From a virus, in IMG/VR virus record IMGVR_UViG_3300045988_126550, positions 32,001 to 96,000 of that record: a DNA stretch of 64,000 nt; one strand, given 5' to 3'. The notes beneath the pieces are model-generated. The model searched no databases. It had not been told where the DNA came from and saw only the letters and a list, made by a program, of their open reading frames with translations. This document shows, one piece after another, positions 51,429 to 60,203 of this stretch. The stretch's first letter is position 1. The number at the start of each line of letters is the position of its first letter. A program made the position numbers and the translations under genes.

Positions 51429-51908
51429 ATGGGAACTAACTTCTATATGATTACAAAGAACAAAGAAATGGCTCAGCGGTATGCACCATATTCTTATGAG
51501 CTTACGGATACGCCATATTTCGGATATGAGATTCACGTAGCCAAGACTAGTTTTGGCTGGTTGCCGCTTTTCCAAGAGCATAAAGATGGTATTAACTCTG
51601 TAGCTGAGTATAAAGTGGCATATGATACAAATGAGTTTAAAATTTATGATGAATACGGATGTGAATACAATTGGGATGCCTTTGATGATAGAGTGCTAAA
51701 GTTCAATGGCGGGGTTCTTGGGGTACAGGAGCCGAAGAAGATTGAGCAAAACAAATATTTTCGATGGTATGACAAGAGCATGCCAGACTATTGCCCTGTT
51801 AGTCATATTAGTGGAAGTCTGCAGAGCTATAAGTTTGATGGTTTGTTTGCGAATGATTATTTCGTTGACGCTGATGGATTTGAATTTTCAAGGAGTGAAT
51901 TTTCGTAA
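51429..51908 (+). CDS. hypothetical protein
   Basis: 159-aa ORF with an AAGGAGA RBS. Confidence 0.7.
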   Translation: MGTNFYMITKNKEMAQRYAPYSYELTDTPYFGYEIHVAKTSFGWLPLFQEHKDGINSVAEYKVAYDTNEFKIYDEYGCEYNWDAFDDRVLKFNGGVLGVQEPKKIEQNKYFRWYDKSMPDYCPVSHISGSLQSYKFDGLFANDYFVDADGFEFSRSEFS

Positions 51909-53023
51909 TGTATCATCTTGAACTAAGAGACTTCATTCTTTCTCATGAAAACTGGGAAGAACTACTCACAGCTGATCCTTACAACCTAAAGATTTCTCGT
52001 GATGGCAATTATATCATGTTCAAGTATAATCAAATCTCTTCTGATTTTACAATTCCTCTAGTTCGTGAAGCACGTGGAATTATTTTCAGAGAGAGTGATT
52101 GGGAATGTGTCTGCGAAAAATTTACAAAATTCGGCAATTACGGCGAGTCTTATTGCCCAGACATTGATTGGGCAACTGCTTCTGTGCAGGAAAAAGTTGA
52201 TGGATCGCTTATTGGCATGTTTTATGATAATGGATGGCATATTTGTACCAATGGTACAATTGATGCCTTTAAAGCGGAACTTAATGATGTGAAGTATCAG
52301 AATTTTGGGCAGCTTGTCCTTGCGGCAATTCATCGTGTATTTGAAGACGAGCATAAGTTCTTTACGATGCTAGATCCAAAATGTACATATATGTTTGAAC
52401 TCGTGTCTCCTTATAACCGTGTTGTAATTCCGTATGAAGACACTAAGCTATATTTTCTTGGTATACGTGATATGGAAGATGGGAAAGAATGGAATCCAGA
52501 AGATTCTGATATAAGCTATGATTTTGAAATGCCTAAGCGTTATTCTCTTCATTCTCTTGAAGATGTACAGAAGGCAGCAAATGCACTTCCTTGGGACGAA
52601 GAAGGTTATGTGGTATGCGACGCAAATTTCAACAGAGTAAAGATTAAGTCTGGTGCTTACGTTATGGCACATTATGCTCGTAATAATGGAGTAGTCAATA
52701 CAGAGCGTCTTGTTCAGATTATACTGGATGGAGAGCAGGAAGAGTTCCTTACTTATGCATCCGATTATACTGACGAGTTAAAGAAAGTGGGAAAAGCAAT
52801 GTATGAGATTGGGTATAAAGCATTTGATAAGCTGAGAGAAATTTTTAACATGAAAGAGTTTGAAACTCGTGGTGCTTATGCTCGTGAAGTTATGAAATGC
52901 CCAATGTATATGAAAGACTTCCTATTCCATTGTTTTGATTCTAGAATCTTTTGGGATTATGCAAAGTCTTGGGATGCAAATAAATGGGTTAAAGCTATTA
53001 ATGAATTAAATGGAGGTATTTAA
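51908..53023 (+). CDS. Rnl1-family (T4 RnlA-like) ATP-dependent RNA ligase
   Basis: Aligns by eye with T4 Rnl1: REARGIIF/ECRGIMF, motif I QEKVDGSL/TKEDGSL, FELVSPYNRVV/FEFVAPTNRIV and EGYVVCD..RVKIKS/EGYVAVM..HFKIKS. Confidence 0.85.
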   Translation: MYHLELRDFILSHENWEELLTADPYNLKISRDGNYIMFKYNQISSDFTIPLVREARGIIFRESDWECVCEKFTKFGNYGESYCPDIDWATASVQEKVDGSLIGMFYDNGWHICTNGTIDAFKAELNDVKYQNFGQLVLAAIHRVFEDEHKFFTMLDPKCTYMFELVSPYNRVVIPYEDTKLYFLGIRDMEDGKEWNPEDSDISYDFEMPKRYSLHSLEDVQKAANALPWDEEGYVVCDANFNRVKIKSGAYVMAHYARNNGVVNTERLVQIILDGEQEEFLTYASDYTDELKKVGKAMYEIGYKAFDKLREIFNMKEFETRGAYAREVMKCPMYMKDFLFHCFDSRIFWDYAKSWDANKWVKAINELNGGI

Positions 53024-53024
53024 T

Positions 53025-53291
53025 ATGAAGAATAATATTGGGCCAATTATTGGAATTATTGGAGTAGTTATTTTGTGGATTCTTTCTCCTATCATCATCT
53101 TCGGTGCCGGTTGGTTTGGTGGTTGGATTCTGATGAAAATTGTTGGTGGAGCAATTGCATCTGGTCTAAACACACTATTTGGAACGACTAGATTTGTTCC
53201 AGAATTAATTCCTGTTGTATGTGGAGCTCTAGCAGTTATTGGAAGTTTCTTTAAGGCTACTGTAAGTAGTAGCAATGTGATGACAAAATGA
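53025..53291 (+). CDS. small membrane protein
   Basis: Internal ATG after GGAGGT. Three hydrophobic, Gly-rich segments. Confidence 0.6.
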   Translation: MKNNIGPIIGIIGVVILWILSPIIIFGAGWFGGWILMKIVGGAIASGLNTLFGTTRFVPELIPVVCGALAVIGSFFKATVSSSNVMTK

Positions 53292-54097
53292 ATTATCATT
53301 CAGATCAGTGGATTATGGATAGGGTTCAAGAGCACTATAATGAGGCTCTTGAATCCTTTCCGAAGGACAGAATTATTGGCATCTTCTATCAAGGCAGTGG
53401 CAATTATGGGCTTGATTATGAAGGTTCAGATGTTGACACCAAACTGATTGTAACACCAACATTTAAGGATATTGCAATGAATAAGAATCCCGTTAGTACA
53501 ACTCATATTCGAGCCAACGACGAACATACAGACTGGAAGGACATTAGGCTCTATATTCAGACATTTAGGAAGCAGAACTTGAATTTTCTAGAAATTCTTT
53601 TCACAACATACAAAGTCCTAAATCCTATGTATGAGGAACAGTGGAACAGACTTATTGATGCCAGAGAAGGTATTGCACGTTACTCTCCCATTCAAGCCAT
53701 TAAGTCTATGAGAGGAATCGCTAAAGAAAAGTATTTTGCAATGGAACATCATTATCCGTCTCGTATGGAGTGGATTAACAAATTTGGATACGATCCAAAA
53801 CAACTACACCATTTATTACGTGTAGAGGAGTATATTGAAAGATATATTAATGGTGAGTCCTATGAGAAATGTCTACAATCAAAAATGCCGGAGTTTCTCA
53901 AACAGGTAAAGACTGGAGAGTCTTTTGATTTGGGCACAGCAAGAATTGTGGCGGAAAAGTCAATTGGTCATATTGACGAAATGTGTGATAAGTTCTTAAA
54001 AAGAGAATGGAGCGTTGACGAAATTATTAATGCTTTGTTAGACAGTGTGCAATATGAAATTATGAGGATTGCAATTAAGAAAGAGATTGGTGGTTAA
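53288..54097 (+). CDS. Pol-beta superfamily nucleotidyltransferase (RNA-ligase-associated RlaP-like)
   Basis: GSGNYGLDYEGSDVDTK (GS...DxD). Adjacent to RNA ligase and kinase genes. Confidence 0.7.
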   Translation: MNYHSDQWIMDRVQEHYNEALESFPKDRIIGIFYQGSGNYGLDYEGSDVDTKLIVTPTFKDIAMNKNPVSTTHIRANDEHTDWKDIRLYIQTFRKQNLNFLEILFTTYKVLNPMYEEQWNRLIDAREGIARYSPIQAIKSMRGIAKEKYFAMEHHYPSRMEWINKFGYDPKQLHHLLRVEEYIERYINGESYEKCLQSKMPEFLKQVKTGESFDLGTARIVAEKSIGHIDEMCDKFLKREWSVDEIINALLDSVQYEIMRIAIKKEIGG

Positions 54098-54718
54098 ATG
54101 ATTAACATTCGTCAAGACTTGATTCAAAAGGAGTTTGAAAAAGGTTGTACCAATGGGCTTACATTTCGAAAATTAAAGCCTAGCAATAGATTTATTGATA
54201 AGCTTTTTAATCATTACTATGTTGCCGAGCACACAGAACATTTCTATGATTCTGAGCCGGAATATGATGATGAAGAATTCAATATGTATATGGATTACGC
54301 TTATATTCATCATAGAATAAATCCTACTTCTGGCACTGCTCTTTTTAATACAATTCTTAATTCTGAAGAAATAGCAAAAGAACAAGAAGACTTTCGTTTT
54401 TCAAAAGAAGAACACACAATAGAAGAACTAAAGCAAGCGTATGATAAAATTATACAACAGAGAAAAGATTATGAGCTACACAGAATTGAATTTAACAACT
54501 GGATAGAGCCTTATTTTAAGGGTAATTGGAGAATGTCTCAGAAAGATGTTGACAAAATTAGCAGAGAGCATCTTGAATACACAAAGAAATGTGGAGTAAG
54601 TTATAATGGCAGACTTTACATTGCAGAAAAAGAAGATTCGATTTTTATTTATTACTACGGCAGAGATTTTGCAATGGTAGATTATTGGTGGATTTTTAAG
54701 AGAAGAAGGAGAAAATAA
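54098..54718 (+). CDS. hypothetical protein
   Basis: 206-aa ORF, tightly packed. Confidence 0.7.
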   Translation: MINIRQDLIQKEFEKGCTNGLTFRKLKPSNRFIDKLFNHYYVAEHTEHFYDSEPEYDDEEFNMYMDYAYIHHRINPTSGTALFNTILNSEEIAKEQEDFRFSKEEHTIEELKQAYDKIIQQRKDYELHRIEFNNWIEPYFKGNWRMSQKDVDKISREHLEYTKKCGVSYNGRLYIAEKEDSIFIYYYGRDFAMVDYWWIFKRRRRK

Positions 54719-55623
54719 TGGTTAAGTGTTTTGTTATGTGTGGACTCCCCGCAAGCGGAAAGAGTTGGCAAGCCAAGAAACTTGCCGAGGAATATGATGC
54801 AGAAATTTTCTCTAGTGACTCACTTCGAGAGGAAATGTTCGGAGATGTGAATCATCAGGCAGACAACGATGCTCTGTTCAAGGAACTACATAAGCGTATT
54901 AGAGAGCGTCTTGCTTCTGGCAAGAATGCCATTTATGACGCCTGCAATATCAGTTATAAGCGCCGTATGGAATTCCTTAAGTCTCTTAACAAAATTCCTT
55001 GTGAGAAAATTGCAATCCTCATGGCAACGCCTTATGAAGTCTGTCTTGAACGTAACACACAACGAGAGCGTAAAGTCCCAGAACATGTTATTAAACGTAT
55101 GTATATGAGCTGGAATAGTCCATATTGGTATGAAGGTTGGGACGATATTCAGATTGTATATTCAGAAGGAGCAGAAGGAAGCTACGGAGGAGTAGGTGAT
55201 TGGGTTGAGTCTGTTATGGATTACAACCAACATAACAGCCATCATTCTTTAACACTTGGGGAACATTGTCTCAAAACATTCGAATACTTAAATTCATTGC
55301 CAGTTGCATTCTGGGAACTTAGAACTGCGGCGTTGATACATGATTGTGGCAAATGCAAAAGTGCTACATATATCAATAGTAAGGGCGAACAAACGGATGA
55401 ATGCCATTATTATAATCACCAATTTTGTGGATCATACGACAGCTTGTTCTTCAGCGGTATAGATAGACATCTTTATATTGCGCAACTTATTCAATGGCAT
55501 ATGAGAGCGTACCTTGCGTGGGAGCATTCTGAAAAAGCAATGCAGAAGGATAGAAAACTTCTTGGGAAGACTTTATTTAATGATATTTGTTTGCTTCACG
55601 AAGCAGACCTTGCAGCGCATTAA
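54718..55623 (+). CDS. polynucleotide kinase-like P-loop domain fused to an HD phosphohydrolase domain
   Basis: Walker A CGLPASGKS and a kinase-like N-terminal half. The C-terminal half carries HSLTLGEH...LIHDCGK...H. A terminator follows. Confidence 0.75.
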   Translation: MVKCFVMCGLPASGKSWQAKKLAEEYDAEIFSSDSLREEMFGDVNHQADNDALFKELHKRIRERLASGKNAIYDACNISYKRRMEFLKSLNKIPCEKIAILMATPYEVCLERNTQRERKVPEHVIKRMYMSWNSPYWYEGWDDIQIVYSEGAEGSYGGVGDWVESVMDYNQHNSHHSLTLGEHCLKTFEYLNSLPVAFWELRTAALIHDCGKCKSATYINSKGEQTDECHYYNHQFCGSYDSLFFSGIDRHLYIAQLIQWHMRAYLAWEHSEKAMQKDRKLLGKTLFNDICLLHEADLAAH

Positions 55624-55629
55624 CCAATT

Positions 55630-55655
55630 GGTACGGCATTTTCGCCGTACCTTTT
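55630..55655 (+). terminator. rho-independent terminator
   Basis: GGTACGGC-attttc-GCCGTACC followed by TTTT. Confidence 0.8.
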
Positions 55656-55670
55656 GTGCATGTTGACAAC

Positions 55671-55698
55671 TTGACAAATAGCAAATTCATGCTATAAT
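55671..55698 (+). promoter_or_regulatory. sigma-A-type promoter (extended -10)
   Basis: TTGACA-N16-TGcTATAAT. A second TTGACA lies 8 nt upstream. Confidence 0.65.
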
Positions 55699-55718
55699 AA
55701 TGGCAGAAACAAGAACAA

Positions 55719-55729
55719 TACAAAATTAA
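55719..55729 (+). promoter_or_regulatory. leader motif TACAAAATTAA (exact)
   Basis: 14 nt upstream of ATG 55744. Confidence 0.55.
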
Positions 55730-55743
55730 AGGAGGATAAATAT

Positions 55744-56325
55744 ATGAGAACTATTAGAAGAGGAGTGTTTGAATCGAACTCGTCCAGCACACACAGCATT
55801 GCAATTAGTAAAGAAAAGGTTCCAAATGTAGCCGGTAGACATGTTTATTTTGGAGCTGGTGAGTACGGTTGGGAACAAGGTTGCGTAGGAGACACCGCAT
55901 CATATTTGCATACGGCAATTGTTGACTCTTCTACTCCTGCACAATACGAGGAGAGAATCAATAAGATTAAAGAAATTCTTGACAAGTATGGGGTGCAATA
56001 TAAATTCGCGCCAGTTGAATATCAGAAGTCTGAGTACAATCCCGATTATGAATATATTAAATTTGCATCTCCTAGTTATAGATATGCGTATGTTGATCAC
56101 GCAGGAGAGTGTGCAAAACTAATTAATGCACTGCTTTCAAACGAAGACCTTCTAATTAGATATCTTTTTGGCAATAGTTGCATTTATACCGGCAATGATA
56201 ATTCTGATGACGAAGACAGTATGTGCTATTGCGCAGAGGCAACTATTTGGGATGATAATTATAAAACTATCCCAAACCCAAATCACGACGCAGAACATTA
56301 TGATTACTTTTTTAAGGGGAATTGA
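55744..56325 (+). CDS. hypothetical protein, FE(S/T)NSSSTHS family, paralog 1
   Basis: N-terminus MRTIRRGVFESNSSSTHSIAI. Paralog of the next gene. Confidence 0.7.
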   Translation: MRTIRRGVFESNSSSTHSIAISKEKVPNVAGRHVYFGAGEYGWEQGCVGDTASYLHTAIVDSSTPAQYEERINKIKEILDKYGVQYKFAPVEYQKSEYNPDYEYIKFASPSYRYAYVDHAGECAKLINALLSNEDLLIRYLFGNSCIYTGNDNSDDEDSMCYCAEATIWDDNYKTIPNPNHDAEHYDYFFKGN

Positions 56326-56327
56326 TT

Positions 56328-56738
56328 ATGAGACAGATTAGAAAGAATGTATTTGAAACAAATAGTTCTTCTACTCATTCACTAACAATGTGTACAAAAG
56401 AAGAATATGATAATTGGAAAAGCGGAAAACTTATGTTTGATATAGATAGTAAGAAATTTGTATCTCCGCTAGAAGTAACAAGTAAAGATTTCAAGGAAGC
56501 GGAAATTAATTATGAATCCAGCAAACAAAAATATCAGAAAAATTGGGATCAGCTGACTAAAGAAGAACAAGAAGAATATACACTTGGGTATATTAAAGAG
56601 AATAAGTCAATGTATGAAATTGTAACATATTCTGAGTGGCTAGATAGAAATGATTATCTAGACACATTCTATAGAGAATATACTACTAAAAACAACGAAA
56701 GAATTGTGGCTTTCGGCGCTTATGGCTACGATGGTTAA
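56328..56738 (+). CDS. hypothetical protein, FE(S/T)NSSSTHS family, paralog 2
   Basis: N-terminus MRQIRKNVFETNSSSTHSLTM. ATG after AAGGGGA. Confidence 0.7.
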   Translation: MRQIRKNVFETNSSSTHSLTMCTKEEYDNWKSGKLMFDIDSKKFVSPLEVTSKDFKEAEINYESSKQKYQKNWDQLTKEEQEEYTLGYIKENKSMYEIVTYSEWLDRNDYLDTFYREYTTKNNERIVAFGAYGYDG

Positions 56739-56748
56739 GGAGGAAAAT

Positions 56749-57648
56749 ATGAATCTTATTGGCAAGTATCAGAATGGGAATTATACCGTGAGTTTGTACG
56801 ATGATGGAACTAAGATTCGTGAGAATGATTTGGATAATCTGACTCCTGCTTTTGCAGAGAACTGTGATGTTAAAATTACAGATAAGTGTGATGGAGGTTG
56901 CGCCTTCTGCTATGAGGGATGTACTGCTAATGGTAAACACGGGGATATTCTTAATCCTCAGTTTCTAGATACTCTGCATCAATATACTGAGCTTGCTATC
57001 AATGGCAACGACCTTTCTCATCCAGATTTGGTTCCTTTCATGTACAAGATGAAAGAGAAGAATATCATTCTCAATATGACGGTCAATCAGATTCATTTTG
57101 AGAAGCACTTTGATACAATCAAGGAATGGATTGATAAGAAGTTAATTTATGGGCTTGGCATCTCTCTACGTAAGCCGACAGATGAATTCATTGATATGGT
57201 TAAGCAGATTCCAAACGCCGTTATTCATGTAATCAATGGTATTGTTTCTATACCAGATCTTGATGCTCTTTCTAGAAATGGGCTTAAAATTCTTATTCTT
57301 GGATATAAGAATCTAAGACGTGGTGAAAGTTATTATGAGAGTCACAATGAAAGTGTACTTGGATTACAGGAAGATTTAAACCGCTACCTTTTCCCTGAAA
57401 TTATCGGGCACAGTTGGTTTGACGTTGTGAGTTTTGATAATCTAGCAATCGAACAGCTTCATGTTAAAGAACATATGTCTAAGGAAGAATGGGATAGTTT
57501 CTTTATGGGCGAAGACGGCGATTATACTTTCTATATTGATATGGTCGAAGGAATGTTCGCAAAAGATTCCTTGTCTATGGAACGTTATCCTCTTATGGAT
57601 AATATTGATGATATGTTTAACTTTTTGAGAAATAAGAAGGAGAAGTAA
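56749..57648 (+). CDS. radical SAM enzyme
   Basis: CxxxCxxC cluster in ITDKCDGGCAFCYEG. Internal ATG after AAGGAGGA. Confidence 0.75.
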   Translation: MNLIGKYQNGNYTVSLYDDGTKIRENDLDNLTPAFAENCDVKITDKCDGGCAFCYEGCTANGKHGDILNPQFLDTLHQYTELAINGNDLSHPDLVPFMYKMKEKNIILNMTVNQIHFEKHFDTIKEWIDKKLIYGLGISLRKPTDEFIDMVKQIPNAVIHVINGIVSIPDLDALSRNGLKILILGYKNLRRGESYYESHNESVLGLQEDLNRYLFPEIIGHSWFDVVSFDNLAIEQLHVKEHMSKEEWDSFFMGEDGDYTFYIDMVEGMFAKDSLSMERYPLMDNIDDMFNFLRNKKEK

Positions 57649-57650
57649 TT

Positions 57651-58484
57651 ATGGATAAGACATCTCTTGGTGATAGAATGAAAAACAACTATGAAAATGT
57701 TAATAGATTTTATTTAACAAGAAGAATACCAGTTATTATTAGAATGGATATGAAGGCCGGTCATACTTTTACTAGAGGAATGAAGAAGCCGTTTGATGAT
57801 ATTTTCGTAAAGACAATGCAAGAGACTATGAAGTATCTCTGTGAAAACATTCAGGGTTGTGTGCTTGGTTACACTCAGAGCGACGAGATTTCTCTTGTAC
57901 TGACAGACTATGCAGGGTTGACAACAGATGCATGGTTTGGAAACAATCTACAGAAGATGTGTAGCGTATCTGCGAGTATGGCAACATTGGCATTTAATAA
58001 AGCATTTAACGACAATATTGTAAAGTATATTGACAGTTATTTTGATACCGATTGTGGGGTTACGAAGGATTTAGCTGAATATACAAAGATTCTCATTAAT
58101 GCAAGAAATAAAGGCGCAATGTTTGACTCTCGTGTTTTTACAATTCCTAAAGAGGAGGCATGCAACTACTTCATCTGGAGACAGCAAGATGCCACTCGCA
58201 ATTCCATCCAGTCTGTGGGTCAAGCAAACTTTAGTGATAAAGAATTGCATAAGAAATCCACTAAAGACATTCAAGATATGCTTATGACTCAGAAAGGTAT
58301 CAACTGGAATGACTATGCAACGACTCTAAAGCGTGGTAGCTGTTGTATTAAAGCCGATGATAGTCTTACCGAGTATGACGAGGTGGGAAATATTTGTGGT
58401 TATATCCAGAGAAGTAAGTGGGTAATCGATAATAAAATTCCTATCTTTACTCAGGACAGAAACTATGTTGAAAAGCTAATTTGA
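57651..58484 (+). CDS. Thg1-like protein (tRNA-His guanylyltransferase family, 3'-5' nucleotidyl addition)
   Basis: PVIIRMDMKAGHTFTRGMKKPFD and GYTQSDEISLVL match the Thg1/TLP core motifs. Confidence 0.8.
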   Translation: MDKTSLGDRMKNNYENVNRFYLTRRIPVIIRMDMKAGHTFTRGMKKPFDDIFVKTMQETMKYLCENIQGCVLGYTQSDEISLVLTDYAGLTTDAWFGNNLQKMCSVSASMATLAFNKAFNDNIVKYIDSYFDTDCGVTKDLAEYTKILINARNKGAMFDSRVFTIPKEEACNYFIWRQQDATRNSIQSVGQANFSDKELHKKSTKDIQDMLMTQKGINWNDYATTLKRGSCCIKADDSLTEYDEVGNICGYIQRSKWVIDNKIPIFTQDRNYVEKLI

Positions 58485-58541
58485 GGTAAGGTTATAACTA
58501 CTATTTATAAGTGCGACACCTGTGGACGAGAATTTAAGAAC

Positions 58542-58769
58542 TTGAAAGAATGCGAGATGTGTGAAGCGTCCCACATGACTCCAATAGATCGCATTAAGTA
58601 TATGATTCTGCTAGATAATCGAAAGATGGTTTGCGATTATTGCGATAAGAGTTATTATGTATATGGCTGCGAAGTGGATTGTGACTTTAAAGAATGCGGG
58701 TATGCAAACATGTATAGGGACTTTGTTCCGACGAAGCCTTTGCATGATAAGAGTATAAGCGGAGTATAA
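58542..58769 (+). CDS. small zinc-ribbon protein, start uncertain
   Basis: The track start is TTG. The frame is open back to the TGA of the previous gene, and the extension adds a CDTCG knuckle. No in-frame ATG or GTG is present; only ATA at 58494 and ATT at 58503. Confidence 0.5.
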   Translation: MKECEMCEASHMTPIDRIKYMILLDNRKMVCDYCDKSYYVYGCEVDCDFKECGYANMYRDFVPTKPLHDKSISGV

Positions 58770-58784
58770 AAGGAGTTTATATAT

Positions 58785-59153
58785 ATGAACAAAACTGAAA
58801 TTTTAAATGGTAAAATTACTAGTACTAAACTTGGCGAAGAGCATGGCTGTCTAACTGCAGATCTACTTGTCGAAGGAGAAGGATGGGGTTGTGCATTTGG
58901 TGGCTATTGCCTCGACCATTGGTTCGCAGAAACTGGAGAGCATCATTCCTCTGATGGCTATGGCGCGATTATTGAGCTTATGAAGACGCTTGAAGTGGGA
59001 TCATGGGAAGCGCTTAAGGGCAAATATGTACGTGTTGAAATCGAGGGATGGGGTGGAAAAATTCTTAGAATTGGGCATCTTATGAAAGACAAATGGTTTA
59101 GCTTTAAGGATTATTTTGACGAAGTAAAAGCACTTAATGAGCTAAAGGAGTAA
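58785..59153 (+). CDS. hypothetical protein
   Basis: 122-aa ORF with an AAAGGAG RBS. Confidence 0.7.
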   Translation: MNKTEILNGKITSTKLGEEHGCLTADLLVEGEGWGCAFGGYCLDHWFAETGEHHSSDGYGAIIELMKTLEVGSWEALKGKYVRVEIEGWGGKILRIGHLMKDKWFSFKDYFDEVKALNELKE

Positions 59154-59158
59154 TAAAT

Positions 59159-59878
59159 ATGGGCTATTGGGATTATGACGAGCCAGTGTGGGAGCCTTCA
59201 GAAGCAGATGAGTTATTTAATGAGTTGAAGTCAAAACTTGTCGATGCAGCAAAAGTTTCTTTAAAAAGTGATATGGAATCGCTTAAAAGTCGTAACGAAT
59301 ATCTTGAAAAGCGTAATAAATATCTTGAAGACAAGGCTCATTCTGTAGACCAGAAAGAACACGACATAGAATACAAGTCGCGAAACCTTCGTAGAGAAGT
59401 GGAAAAAGAATTTTATAAAGCTGCTATTGAAGATATATTTAAAGATATGATTGAGAAATCTCAACTATGGTTTGCAAAAAATAAGCCACACGAAAAACCT
59501 AAGTGTGATAAATGCGATGAAAATAGAAACTGGGTATTAATTTGGCCCAATGGGGATAAAGTTACAAAGAAGTGTGATTGTGCCAATCCAGATTACTGGT
59601 ATGAGCCAGAGGAAGTATGGATTGACACACTAAGGTATAGGATTAAAGATAGCAATTATCAATCTGAAAGATATTATCGACTTGACAAAACTTATGACTA
59701 TATTGGGGGCAAATATGACGATTATTCTTATGCAGATTTTGGAATCCAGTTTGTATATGATAAGTTTTGTGATGATGTTATTGAGAAGCATAAACAACTT
59801 GGATATGGAAAAAAGATTGGGTTTAAATCTAAAGAAGAATGTCAAAAATATTGTGATTGGCTGAATAAAAAGGAGTGA
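59159..59878 (+). CDS. hypothetical protein (coiled coil + Cys cluster)
   Basis: 239-aa ORF with an AAAGGAG RBS. Confidence 0.7.
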   Translation: MGYWDYDEPVWEPSEADELFNELKSKLVDAAKVSLKSDMESLKSRNEYLEKRNKYLEDKAHSVDQKEHDIEYKSRNLRREVEKEFYKAAIEDIFKDMIEKSQLWFAKNKPHEKPKCDKCDENRNWVLIWPNGDKVTKKCDCANPDYWYEPEEVWIDTLRYRIKDSNYQSERYYRLDKTYDYIGGKYDDYSYADFGIQFVYDKFCDDVIEKHKQLGYGKKIGFKSKEECQKYCDWLNKKE

Positions 59879-59882
59879 TTTG

Positions 59883-60203
59883 ATGATTAGTAAGGAAACA
59901 TTTGTAAATACTATGAACAAGCTGCGGGATCTTGATAGAAAAATGGACGCAGTAGATAAAGCATTTAAGGCGTTAGACTCAGACTTCTGTAGTTTTTATG
60001 TTACTGGTATTTTTGATACAACATTTGATCTTCTTAAAGAAGCAATGAATGACAAGGATGACTGGATTGGATATTTTGTCTATGAAAGAGATTGGCTCAG
60101 GAATTTCAAGCTTGGCGATGTCGAAGTAAATGGTGAACCAGTAAAGATTTATTCTTGGGGAGATGTCTACGATTTTATCGTAACGGAGGATAATCATGTT
60201 TAA
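59883..60203 (+). CDS. hypothetical protein
   Basis: ATG one codon after the TTG used by the track. Confidence 0.65.
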   Translation: MISKETFVNTMNKLRDLDRKMDAVDKAFKALDSDFCSFYVTGIFDTTFDLLKEAMNDKDDWIGYFVYERDWLRNFKLGDVEVNGEPVKIYSWGDVYDFIVTEDNHV

